Below, one piece after another: positions 1 to 9,067 of a stretch of DNA of 64,000 nt. Origin of the DNA: Alphaproteobacteria bacterium (GTDB taxonomy: Bacteria > Pseudomonadota > Alphaproteobacteria > UBA828); contig CBDCQT010000013.1 in NCBI GenBank assembly GCA_965220745.1, positions 832,001 through 896,000 of the forward strand. The letters are read 5' to 3'. Below the pieces are notes generated by a model. The model worked only from the letters and a program-made list of their open reading frames with translations. It was not told the DNA's origin and made no database searches. The translations under genes were made by a program, and so were the position numbers. How positions within the stretch are numbered: the stretch's first letter is position 1; each line of letters begins with the position of its first letter.

Positions 1-511
1 CGACGAGATCAGGGCACGCACACGCGACGCGCTGCTGGAGGCGACCGAGGGCGCCGCGCTCGTGCTCTGTACCTGCTCCACGGTCGGCCCCGGCGCCGAC
101 GATGCCGCGGCGCACGCGGGCGTGCCGATCCTCCGGGTGGACCGGCCCATGGCCGAGGCGGCGGTGGCGGCCGGCCGGCGCATCACGGTTGCGGCGACGC
201 TCGCCACCACCATCGGGCCCACCGCCGATCTGGTCGCCGACGCCGCGCGCCGCGCCGGCAAGGGGGTCGAGATCGACTCCGTCGTCTTCGCCGAGGCCCG
301 CGCCCGGCTGGTGGCGGGCGATGCCGAAGGCCACGAGCGGATCATCGCCGACGGCCTGCACGAGGCCGCCTCTTCGGCCGACGCCATCGTGCTCGCTCAG
401 GCCTCCATGACCCCGGCGCTCGCCCGCTGCGCCGACATCCGGGTGCCGCTCCTGACCAGCCCGCGCTCAGGGCTGGAAGCCGCCATCGCGCGCTACCGCG
501 CGGCGGCATAG
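1..511 (+). CDS. Asp/Glu/hydantoin racemase-like protein (5' truncated by window edge)
   Basis: Frame is open from position 2 (DEIRARTRDALL...VLCTCSTVG). CTCST, RVDRPMA and VLAQASM motifs are typical of this family. Confidence 0.7.
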   Translation, partial: DEIRARTRDALLEATEGAALVLCTCSTVGPGADDAAAHAGVPILRVDRPMAEAAVAAGRRITVAATLATTIGPTADLVADAARRAGKGVEIDSVVFAEARARLVAGDAEGHERIIADGLHEAASSADAIVLAQASMTPALARCADIRVPLLTSPRSGLEAAIARYRAAA

Positions 512-544
512 CGGCGCGGCGGGGCGCGAGAGGGAAGGGGGCTC

Positions 545-1018
545 ATGCCCGCGGCCAGGACACTCTATCTGGCGAACCCTTACGGCTTCTCCGCCCAGCA
601 GAAGGACGGGCCGCTGCAGGCTCTGGTCGCGGCGCTGGAGGTGCTCGGCGCGGAGGTGTGGGAGCCCTTCGCCCGCAACAACCAGATCGACAAGGCCACC
701 GCCGGCTGGGCCTACCGCATCGGCCAGGCCGACCTGCGCGACGTGCGCGATGCCGACGGCATCTTCGCCGTGATCAACGGCTGCCCGCCGGACGAAGGCG
801 TGATGGTGGAGCTCGGCATGGCCATCGCCTGGGAGAAGGCGGTGTTCCTGTTCCGCGACGATTTTCGGCGCTGCACTGACAGCGAGGCCTATCCGCTCAA
901 CCTGATGGTCTTCACCGGCCTGCCCGAGGTCGGCTGGGAGGATTACTGGTACGCCTCGGTGGACGAGATCGCCGACCCCGACAAGGCCCTCGCCCGCTGG
1001 CTTAAAGGCGCCGCTTAG
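545..1018 (+). CDS. Nucleoside 2-deoxyribosyltransferase family protein
   Basis: 157 aa with YLANPYGFS N-terminus, ADLRDVRDAD and the PDEGVMVELGMA catalytic-Glu motif of the NDT/RCL family. Confidence 0.85.
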   Translation: MPAARTLYLANPYGFSAQQKDGPLQALVAALEVLGAEVWEPFARNNQIDKATAGWAYRIGQADLRDVRDADGIFAVINGCPPDEGVMVELGMAIAWEKAVFLFRDDFRRCTDSEAYPLNLMVFTGLPEVGWEDYWYASVDEIADPDKALARWLKGAA

Positions 1019-1039
1019 CCGGCCTGAGCCGGCGCGAGA

Positions 1040-1483
1040 TTACTCGACGCGGGTCCAGGTCTCGGTCTTGCAGACGAACCAGATGCAGCCGCTCATCTTG
1101 ACCGTGTTCGCATCGACGACCTCGAGCTCCGCGTCGTAGGTGTCGCCGTCCCTGGCATTGTAGACCTCGCCGTCTTCCCACTGGCCGCCGCCCTGGTCCT
1201 CCAGGTCAAACAGCACCTGGATGCCCAACATCGGCCGGTCGCGGAGGGATTCGTCGTCGTTCTTGACGTCCCGCCGCGGCTTGCCGTCGTCGCCCAGGGG
1301 ACGCTTGAGCCACACGATCTGGCCGCACAGCTCGTCCTTGTTGCAGGAATAGAGTTTGACGTGCGCATCCTGCCGCTCGTTGAGCCAGATGCCGTAGGGA
1401 TCTGCCGCGAGCGCACCGCCCGAAAAGCCGCCAACGATCAGCGCACCCGCCAGCGCGCCGCATACTAAGCTCCCTGTCCTCAT
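1040..1483 (-). CDS. DUF2147 family secreted protein
   Basis: Signal peptide, then PYGIW, LCGQIVWL, D-x-KN, W-x-x-G-x-VYNARDG-x-TY and GC...CKTETWTR, the DUF2147 pattern. Confidence 0.85.
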   Translation of the reverse strand: MRTGSLVCGALAGALIVGGFSGGALAADPYGIWLNERQDAHVKLYSCNKDELCGQIVWLKRPLGDDGKPRRDVKNDDESLRDRPMLGIQVLFDLEDQGGGQWEDGEVYNARDGDTYDAELEVVDANTVKMSGCIWFVCKTETWTRVE

Positions 1484-2585
1484 GGTCAGCCTCCACCGTC
1501 GCGTGCCGGCCGCTTATCGGTGATTGTCGAATGGCCGGCTTGGGTGACGCTGGCACCCACACGCCCGGACTGTCAAGGCGACCCGAGAGATAACGCGGTC
1601 ATCGTTGCCCCTCGGACGCGGGCGGTTTGGCCCATGTCCGCTTGCCGGCCGCTTCTTGTGGCGCGAGCCAAACTGCAACCTACTTCAATCAGCTGCGGCG
1701 ACATGCCGTTCCAATTGCTTAGGACGCAGTTACTCGCGCTTGATTGAGGCGACGCGCTCCTGACAATCGCCAGGTTGGCCGGTGCAGGATGCGGAGACTC
1801 TCCATGCGCCCGACATCGTCCCCCGTTGCCTCATTACTACCTGCGGGGCAGGGCACGCCGACAAGGGGCGGTTGTGCGGGACGCGCGGAGAGACGCACTG
1901 CCGTTCAGGTGACGACGGCCTTTACCAAAGCGTCGTTCTCCAGCAACCGACCCGGCCTAGGGCGGGACTGCGAGTGTAGCGAATATGGTGAATTCGTAAA
2001 CTTGGCGGACCTTGAGATCGGCGGCCACTCTCTGCACGGCGCTGCTCGCATTCGGCTGAAGTCGGCTCACTAACAGCTGAGATCGTAACCGCAAGTGCGA
2101 CTTGATCATCAGCTCAGAAGATAATGCTTTTATCAATATCCGTTATTTGCTATATCATCTTCAGGCATATGGAGTGTCAGGCAGTGCTGACGGCGGCGAC
2201 ATATATGCGTCCGCGGGGAAATTGTGCTTCGCAAGTCAAAGGGCATTGGCAAGCCGTGGGACGCTCAGCAAGGCAAAGGTCGACCGGTTCACCCACCCCG
2301 GGTCGGTATGTCTCGTTGCAGCGTCGGTGTGCGGCACATATCGACAGAGCAACAGCTCGGTCGTGTGCTTTCACTTTTGGCCCCTCGGCCGTTTCGGCGA
2401 AATTCGGCACTCCAAGCTAGGACATAGAACCTCAACAACTCTCGGAGCACAATATGAACTCTAGGCTTTCATCCCTCCTCCGCAAGACCAAAGTACCTCC
2501 CATTGAGACTCGGCAGCAGCCGTCCGCCAGCGTGTGCCGAGCAATAGATGTGCTCTTGCTTAGAAGAAATAATAGATTTAGGTTG

Positions 2586-3899
2586 ATGCGAGTTTCCTTA
2601 TTTCTATGCATCTTCATCTTTACTCCAATCTCGAGTCACGCGCAACAAGACGTGTTGCTCGTCTCAGGCACTGTTGCTCAAGTAGTAGAGAATTTGAAGG
2701 ATACCATTCACAGCACAATTTCAGCAACAGACGCAGCTTACAGCAATAGCGCGTTTCGCACGCGGCAGCATCTTCAAATACTGCTTGATCAACTTGAAAC
2801 CATTTCGAAGAATGTATCAGAGGCCACGTTTTCTGATTTAACTGATGTGGAGAAAAAGTTCTTTACTGACCTAGCTGTTCAGATCGATTCTCTGAGAACC
2901 CTCGAAAAAGTAACGGCGGATGACGCCGAAAAAATTACGAGGAACATGGCTTCAGCAATCAGCAATCTGCCATTTGCAGATGCTGTACCTATTGTCTTTC
3001 ATTATGATCCACTGTATGTTGTTGGCAAAAGTGAGGATAGTAACTTGGATATTGCTGTTAAGATAACTGGCGCTTTGTTGTCTACCGGAGAACCCTCCCT
3101 AACACTCGATGGTGAGAAGTGCCGAAGAGATGGGAAAATACATACGTCTTTGACATTCGTTTGCATGAACAGGCGGCCCACAGTTGGTGGCTCCGCAGCA
3201 GCGCTAAAGGGAACGCTCAGACTTTACGAAGAGAAAAGCATTTGGGATCATATATTCTTTCGTGACCAGAAGGAGTATACATATGATGTTGTTGTATCGG
3301 TGCTGCCGAGGCAACTAGGAACAGTTTTGACGAATATTACTTTTGAGAAGGAGGTTTTGAGGAAAGAGAAACGCTCACAAGATTTCAGTGAGTGGAATAA
3401 TCACTGTGCTGGCGCTAGAGATTATCTATTCGACTTCAACGCCAGGAATAGTTGGACGATCGACGTTGATTCGATCAATGTCGTTAGGTGCAGCGGAGGA
3501 AGGAAATCCCGCTGTAATGGTCTGCGCCATGTCTCCAAACACTCATTTGCGTATTCGTGCCACCTCGAAAACTACGGAAGATGCGTTGATTTGATTTTTG
3601 GAAAAGCGCTGGATGCCAGAGGTCATTGCGGCGGTAAAGTTGAATGGTACGAAGTAACGACGGAGACTGTTGAGCGGCACGAAGTCCTTACTGAAGAGAA
3701 TGTCTTTTGGGGACAAGATGTGTTAATTCCATTGAAAGAGAGTACTAAGAGCGTGGAAGTGTCATTGAAGAGAGCCGATGGGGAGCAGCGGATTTTCACA
3801 GGAAATGATGAATCGGACTCTTGGGTGAGCGTGATAATCGATTTAGACGGTCGACGGGCGATCATAAGTCCAAAGCATTTGGACATTGCCATGGAATAG
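2586..3899 (+). CDS. Hypothetical secreted protein, Cys-rich C-terminal half, low GC
   Basis: Long ORF (track 2454..3899) in AT-richer DNA. ATG 2586 gives a signal-peptide-like MRVSLFLCIFIFTPISSHA-QQ. The mature part has 8 Cys. Confidence 0.7.
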   Translation: MRVSLFLCIFIFTPISSHAQQDVLLVSGTVAQVVENLKDTIHSTISATDAAYSNSAFRTRQHLQILLDQLETISKNVSEATFSDLTDVEKKFFTDLAVQIDSLRTLEKVTADDAEKITRNMASAISNLPFADAVPIVFHYDPLYVVGKSEDSNLDIAVKITGALLSTGEPSLTLDGEKCRRDGKIHTSLTFVCMNRRPTVGGSAAALKGTLRLYEEKSIWDHIFFRDQKEYTYDVVVSVLPRQLGTVLTNITFEKEVLRKEKRSQDFSEWNNHCAGARDYLFDFNARNSWTIDVDSINVVRCSGGRKSRCNGLRHVSKHSFAYSCHLENYGRCVDLIFGKALDARGHCGGKVEWYEVTTETVERHEVLTEENVFWGQDVLIPLKESTKSVEVSLKRADGEQRIFTGNDESDSWVSVIIDLDGRRAIISPKHLDIAME

Positions 3900-4236
3900 G
3901 GCTGGCACAGATATGGGACCTAAAGTTAGGCACAGGAGAGTGGCAAACCCGCGGCGCGAAGTGGGGAAAGTTGTTTAGTGTGAGGTGATGGCGTTCATCT
4001 GACGCTGAGCTCAGCTAACCATACTTTGTGTTAGCGAGGACTGATAAGGCGGCGACTCGTAGTGCGCCGCGACTTTTGTTGGGGGGGGGCGAGAATGACA
4101 TTCTGCCGTTCGTGCTACAACTTGATGTGGGCGCGGGCGTTGGTGGACGTAGGTGGATAAGCTCCTGGCGAACACTGTCCGTATTGAAGCCATGGTTCTA
4201 AGGTGACGCATTCAGCTCCGTTACAGAAGTAATTAA

Positions 4237-5849
4237 CCCGACCTATTCATGGACTGCCTTGCACTTGAGTTTCGATTGACGGGTCGCGTCGGGGCCTGAC
4301 GCGGTTTGGCGCCGGGATCTGAGGTTGTTCGCTGCTGGGTTGAGGGTTTATGGAGCCTGGGTGATCGGGGCACGCCGCCCCGTCGCTCAGGGGCCTGCTG
4401 CGGCGAGGCGACCTGCGAGCAGGCGGAAGAGAGCGGCGTCGGGACAGGCCGAGGCGAAGTGGATGCGGACGCGGGTGGCCTTCTCGATGACGCGGGCGCC
4501 GATCTTGAGGAGGCGCAGCCTGAGGGTTGCGAACTCTGCGCGGGCGAGGGGCGCGGTGCGGGGGATGGCGTCGCGCAGCGCGAGCATGAGCCAGTAGGCT
4601 GCGGTGTGCAGGACCAGCCTGAGCTGGTTGGCGAGCGGGCTCTGGCAGGAGGTGCGGTCCGAGGCGAGCTGGCCCTTGTGCATCTTGATCAGGTTTTCGG
4701 CCTGGCCGCGGGCGCAGTAGATGTCTTCGTAGAGGTGGCGGGGCTCGCCCTTGAGCGAGGTGACGACATAGCGGGCATCGAAGCCGCGCGTACTCGCCTC
4801 CAGCCGGGCCACGACCCGGCGTTCGCGGTCCCAGGAGCGGGCGGCGTAGGCGAAGGCGGCGAAGCTGCGCATCCTGTCCGCGCCGGCCTCGGCGCGGCGC
4901 ACCCGGACGTCGTCGGCCACCTCGTAGGCGAGAGCGTGGAGCGCGCGATTGCCGGCGAGGCCGAAGATGTAGTCGACCCCGTTCTCCTCGCACCAGGCCA
5001 TGGCTTGCGGGCGGCCATAGTGGCTGTCTCCCCGGAAGACGATCCGGGTGTGCGGCCAGTGGCGGCGGATACGGCCGACCAGATGCTTGATGAGGGTGCG
5101 GACCTCGGGCCCCGACGGCGTCTTGCCCGGACGCAGGAGAACCGCCACCGGCTTGCCGCTCTCCACATGATAGACGTGGACGGGGAGGAAGCAGCGCGTG
5201 TCGTAGTAGGCGTGGAAGAGCGAGAGCTGCTGGTGACCGTGCACCGGATCGCAGGTGTCGTCGATATCGAGGGTGATGGCGGCAGGTGGGGCTGAGAAGG
5301 AGCGGCAGAAGAGATCGACCAGCGCCGCCGTCATGCGCGCCACCTCGATGCGAGAGGGCGCGTTCTCCAGGCGGCTCATGGTGGGCTGGGAACAGAGGTC
5401 ACGGCCGTTCTCCGGCGCCTTCCCTGAGGCCAGCTTGAACAGCGGGTCCGTGCGCAGCGCGTCGCAGTCGTCGGCATCTTCGTAGCCACACGCAATGGCG
5501 AACATGCGGAAGCGCAGCATGGCCGAGAGCGAGTGGACCACCTGCGCCTGCTTGCGCCGGTCGCGGATGCAGCCCGCCAGGGTCTCGGCGAGACCTAAGC
5601 CGCGTTCCGCTTCGCGCAGCAGGACGAGGCCGCCGTCCGACGAGATCAGGCCGCCGTCGAAGGCGGCGCTCACCTTCTTGCGCGCGACGGCTGGCAGATC
5701 GAAGGGGAGAAGGCTATCGTCGGTCATGGCGGGCGTGGCATTTTCGTTACTCGGAGAGGAAGACGCCTCGACAACGAATTCCTATCCGATGGCAACGGCT
5801 TACGCTACGTCCGCCACCCCAAAACCAGACCCGCCACGAATAATCCGGG
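4237..5849 (-). mobile_element. IS1380-family insertion sequence, complete (1613 bp)
   Basis: Imperfect terminal IRs CCCGACCTATTCATGG (4237-4252) and reverse complement of 5834-5849, CCCGGATTATTCGTGG (12/16 match). TTAA direct repeat at 4233-4236 and 5850-5853. Single transposase. Confidence 0.92.
4387..5727 (-). CDS. IS1380-family DDE transposase
   Basis: 446 aa with FDGG-x-ISSDGG, GYEDADD, SQPTMSRLEN, LDIDDT, RGDSHY and YCARGQAENLIK motifs. Confidence 0.95.
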   Translation of the reverse strand: MTDDSLLPFDLPAVARKKVSAAFDGGLISSDGGLVLLREAERGLGLAETLAGCIRDRRKQAQVVHSLSAMLRFRMFAIACGYEDADDCDALRTDPLFKLASGKAPENGRDLCSQPTMSRLENAPSRIEVARMTAALVDLFCRSFSAPPAAITLDIDDTCDPVHGHQQLSLFHAYYDTRCFLPVHVYHVESGKPVAVLLRPGKTPSGPEVRTLIKHLVGRIRRHWPHTRIVFRGDSHYGRPQAMAWCEENGVDYIFGLAGNRALHALAYEVADDVRVRRAEAGADRMRSFAAFAYAARSWDRERRVVARLEASTRGFDARYVVTSLKGEPRHLYEDIYCARGQAENLIKMHKGQLASDRTSCQSPLANQLRLVLHTAAYWLMLALRDAIPRTAPLARAEFATLRLRLLKIGARVIEKATRVRIHFASACPDAALFRLLAGRLAAAGP

Positions 5850-5971
5850 TTAAGTCTGCGACGGCGGGAGCCACGCGTCGTCCTAGGCCTAAAAATCTAA
5901 AAGACGGGCGGGCATGGCGTTTGGCCCGCAAGACGCGGTACCGTGGCCTCGCGATGGTGTCGGAGGGTCCA

Positions 5972-7279
5972 ATGGCGCGGGACGTGCTGACGGCGGATTT
6001 CAAGGCCACGCCTTATTGGTGGGACCTGGCGCCGCGGCCGGATGTCACCGACGAGACGCCGCCCAAGGAGGCCGAGGTGGTGATCGTGGGCGCGGGCAAC
6101 GTGGGGCTTTCCGCCGCGCTCACACTCGCGCGCCGGGGCACGGACGCGGTGGTGCTCGATGCCGAGGCCGCAGGCCATGGCGCCAGCACCCGCAACGCCG
6201 GCTACCTCGGCCGCCAAGTCTGGCACAAATACGGCGACATGGTGCCGAAGCTCGGGCGCGAGCGGGCGGCGGAGGTCTGCCGCGCAGCCATTGCCGCTCA
6301 CGACTACGCGGCCTCCCTGATCGAGCGAGAGCAGATCGCCTGCTTCTACCGCAACACCGGCCGCTTCATCGCGGCGCCCTCCAAGCGCGTGTTCGACGGC
6401 CTCGCGCGCGACCTCGCCATGATGCGGGAGGACGGCGTGCCGGTCGACGCAGAGATGGTCGAGCCCGACGAGGCACCGCCAGCCTACAGAAAAGGACACT
6501 ATCACGGCGGCCAGATCCTGCACGGCAACGGCACGATCCACGCGGGCCTCTACCACGCGGGCCTGCTGGAGCGGGCCGCGCGAGACGGCTCGCGCATCAT
6601 CAGCCACTGCCCGGTGCAGGCCATTGAGCGCTCAGGCAACGGCTTCCGCGTATCCACGCCCCGCGGCACGGTCCGGGCGGGTCACGTGATCGTGGCCACC
6701 AACGGCTACACGCCCAAGGCCGCTCAATGGCTGCGGCGCCGCGTGGTGCCGGTCGACGCCTTCATGATCGCGACCGAGCCCTTGCCCGCGGATCGTGTCG
6801 AGCACATCGCACCCGGCGGCAAGCCGATGGTCGAGCACCGCTACTCCCCTTGCTGGATCAGGCCCAACGAGGACGGCACGCGCATTCTCTTCGGCGGGCT
6901 CAGCGCCGAGCCGCCGGCCGACCTCACGCAGAAGGCGCGCATCCTGCGCGATGCCATGGTGCAAGTCGTCCCCTCACTGGAAGGCGTGAAGATCAGCCAT
7001 TGCTGGACCGGCAAGACCGCCTTCACCTTCGACATGATGCCGCACACCGGCAGCCACGGCGGCGTCGAATACGCCATGGGCTGGTGCGGCTCCGGCGTGC
7101 CCATGGGCACCTACCTTGGCCACAAGACGGCGCTCCGGGTGCTGGGGGACCCCGAGGCTGCGAGCCCTTTCGACGGCCGGCCCTTCCCGACCTGGCCGTT
7201 CTACACCGGCCGCCCCTGGTTCCTGCCGCTCGCGGTGGCGTGGAACAAGCGCAAAGACCGCAAGCTGTTTAGGGGGTAG
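5972..7279 (+). CDS. FAD-dependent oxidoreductase, DAO/PuuB-like family
   Basis: GGAGG at 5962-5966 before ATG 5972. Motifs VIVGAGNVG, GASTRNAG, ATNGY and GWCGSGV. Confidence 0.85.
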   Translation: MARDVLTADFKATPYWWDLAPRPDVTDETPPKEAEVVIVGAGNVGLSAALTLARRGTDAVVLDAEAAGHGASTRNAGYLGRQVWHKYGDMVPKLGRERAAEVCRAAIAAHDYAASLIEREQIACFYRNTGRFIAAPSKRVFDGLARDLAMMREDGVPVDAEMVEPDEAPPAYRKGHYHGGQILHGNGTIHAGLYHAGLLERAARDGSRIISHCPVQAIERSGNGFRVSTPRGTVRAGHVIVATNGYTPKAAQWLRRRVVPVDAFMIATEPLPADRVEHIAPGGKPMVEHRYSPCWIRPNEDGTRILFGGLSAEPPADLTQKARILRDAMVQVVPSLEGVKISHCWTGKTAFTFDMMPHTGSHGGVEYAMGWCGSGVPMGTYLGHKTALRVLGDPEAASPFDGRPFPTWPFYTGRPWFLPLAVAWNKRKDRKLFRG

Positions 7280-7340
7280 ACTCCGGCTCCCACCATCCGC
7301 GCGCGGGCCGCAGCTCCGGGGCCGTTCACACGTATCCGAC

Positions 7341-7970
7341 ATGACCGACGACAGCGCCACGCCTGCGGCGAGAGGGCAGCGCCATCTCCTCCGCCGGCTC
7401 TACGACTGGGCGATCGAGAGCGCCGGCGCGCGCCGCGCCGTCTGGGTGCTGGCGGGCCTCTGCTACCTGCAGAGCCTGTTCCTGCCGGTGCCGCCGGACC
7501 TGCTGCTCATCCCCATGGTGCTGGCGAAGCGCGCCAAGGCGTGGCTCTTCGCCGGCATCGCCACGGTCTCGTCGGTCGGCGGCGGCCTCACCGGCTACCT
7601 GATCGGCTACTTTCTCTATGACTGGCTGGGCGAGCCTCTTCTCGCAATCTCCGGCCACGCCGGCGACCTGGAGACGTTCTACGAGTACCGCGACAAGTGG
7701 GGCGCCTGGTTCGTCGCCGCCGGCGCGCTGACGCCGCTGCCCTACAAGCTGGTGGCCGTAGCCAGCGGCGCCGCCAATCTCAACGTGGGCGCCTTCATCG
7801 CGGCATCGCTCGTCGCCCGCGGCATGCGCTTCTATGTTGAGGCGGCGATACTCTGGTATCTGGGACCCAAGGCCCGGCGGATCCTGGAGCACCGCTACGG
7901 CGCGGCGGCGGCGATCGGGCTCGCCATCCTCACCCTCGGCATCATGGTGCTGATCCCGTTCGTCACCTGA
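7341..7970 (+). CDS. YqaA/DedA family membrane protein
   Basis: RRLYDW, FLPVPPDLLLIPM, ALTPLPYKL and ARGMRFY motifs with hydrophobic helices. Confidence 0.88.
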   Translation: MTDDSATPAARGQRHLLRRLYDWAIESAGARRAVWVLAGLCYLQSLFLPVPPDLLLIPMVLAKRAKAWLFAGIATVSSVGGGLTGYLIGYFLYDWLGEPLLAISGHAGDLETFYEYRDKWGAWFVAAGALTPLPYKLVAVASGAANLNVGAFIAASLVARGMRFYVEAAILWYLGPKARRILEHRYGAAAAIGLAILTLGIMVLIPFVT

Positions 7971-8002
7971 GCGGGGGAGGGACCGCGCAAGCGCCGGCGC
8001 AG

Positions 8003-8959
8003 TCAGTTCTCACCCGGCATCGCCCTGAGCAGTGCCTTGACCACCGCCGCCGCATTGCCGGCCGCGAGACCCAGGAAGACCTCCATCTGGTTCGCACCTT
8101 CGCCGCCGCCGGCGAGGTCCGCGAGGCTGCGGACGGCGATGAAGGGCACGTCGTTGGCGTAGGCCACGTGGGCGACGGGGGCGCTCTCCATGTCCAGCAC
8201 GCGCGCGCCGAAGGTCTCGAAGGCCCAGGTGCGGAAGGCCGCGTTGTCGATGAAGGCGCCGCCCGAAACCCCGGAGCCGCCGACGACGATTCGGGGCGCC
8301 TGGTCCAGGCAGCGGTCCTCGGCCGTGCAGTGGGCGAGCGTCACGTCGCTTGCCGCGCTGCCGGCGCTGGCGAGCAGCGCCTCGTCCACGGGGAACCAGA
8401 AGCGGGTCTCGGGCGCCTCGGCACCGGGGCTGAGCACGGTGACCGAGCGCGGGAACATCATGCCGAAGTTCGCGTAGGGGTACTCGAAGAAGGGCATCGT
8501 CATCCAGCCGTCGTCGACTTCGCGGGCGAAGAGCATCTCCAGGTACTGCCCCCAGCGGTCCGCGATCACGACATCGCCGATGTTCAGTCCGGGGTCCACG
8601 CCGCCGGCGATGCCCGAGAACACGATGCGCTCGATGGCGAAGTGGTCGAGGGCGAGTTGCACCGTCATTGCCGCGTTGACCACGCTGATCCCGCTCAGGA
8701 ACAGCACCACGTCGTGCCCCTCCAGAGTGCCGGTGGTGAAGGCCACGCCATTGACCGACTGCGCCGACGCGCCTTCCAGCTCCGCTTGCAGGATCGCGAG
8801 CTCCGGCGCGAAGGCGGAGACCACCGCAGTGCGCGGGATCTCGTCGCGGATGCCGTGCGCATCCGCCGGCGCGGGCGAGACGGCTGCGAGCAAAATCGCG
8901 ATGGCGAGCCCGGCGAGCAGGGTCCGTACCCTGCGGGGCGCAAACGTGAGAAGAGTCAT
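8003..8959 (-). CDS. MTA/SAH nucleosidase-family (PNP/UDP phosphorylase fold) enzyme with signal peptide
   Basis: SAFAPE, SGISVVNAA, FSGIAGG, LDMESAPVAHVA and RSLADLAG motifs. N-terminal secretion signal ending ...APADA. Confidence 0.85.
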   Translation of the reverse strand: MTLLTFAPRRVRTLLAGLAIAILLAAVSPAPADAHGIRDEIPRTAVVSAFAPELAILQAELEGASAQSVNGVAFTTGTLEGHDVVLFLSGISVVNAAMTVQLALDHFAIERIVFSGIAGGVDPGLNIGDVVIADRWGQYLEMLFAREVDDGWMTMPFFEYPYANFGMMFPRSVTVLSPGAEAPETRFWFPVDEALLASAGSAASDVTLAHCTAEDRCLDQAPRIVVGGSGVSGGAFIDNAAFRTWAFETFGARVLDMESAPVAHVAYANDVPFIAVRSLADLAGGGEGANQMEVFLGLAAGNAAAVVKALLRAMPGEN

Positions 8960-9067
8960 GGTCGCCTGCTCCTCGTTGGGGTGGAGTTCGTCGTGGGCGT
9001 GTTGGGTGCGGCGACCGTGGCGCGAATCGGGGCGCTCCGCAATCCCGTCGTGCAGTCCCGATACGCC

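Noticed and set aside
1520-2450. Several short ORFs left of the low-GC gene
   Set aside because: No recognisable motifs or consistent codon bias; probably decayed or non-coding
3900-4236. GTTAGGC (3925-3931) and GCTAAC...GTTAGC (4014-4035) as possible integron attC sites; G9 tract at 4081-4089
   Set aside because: No properly spaced RYYYAAC...GTTRRRY pair with internal symmetry and no integron integrase. The poly-G tract is not in a recognisable gene or promoter.
5495-5971. 594-aa ORF suggesting an N-terminally extended oxidoreductase or fusion
   Set aside because: The extension is antisense read-through of the IS1380 transposase and IR. The real start is ATG 5972 with a GGAGG RBS.
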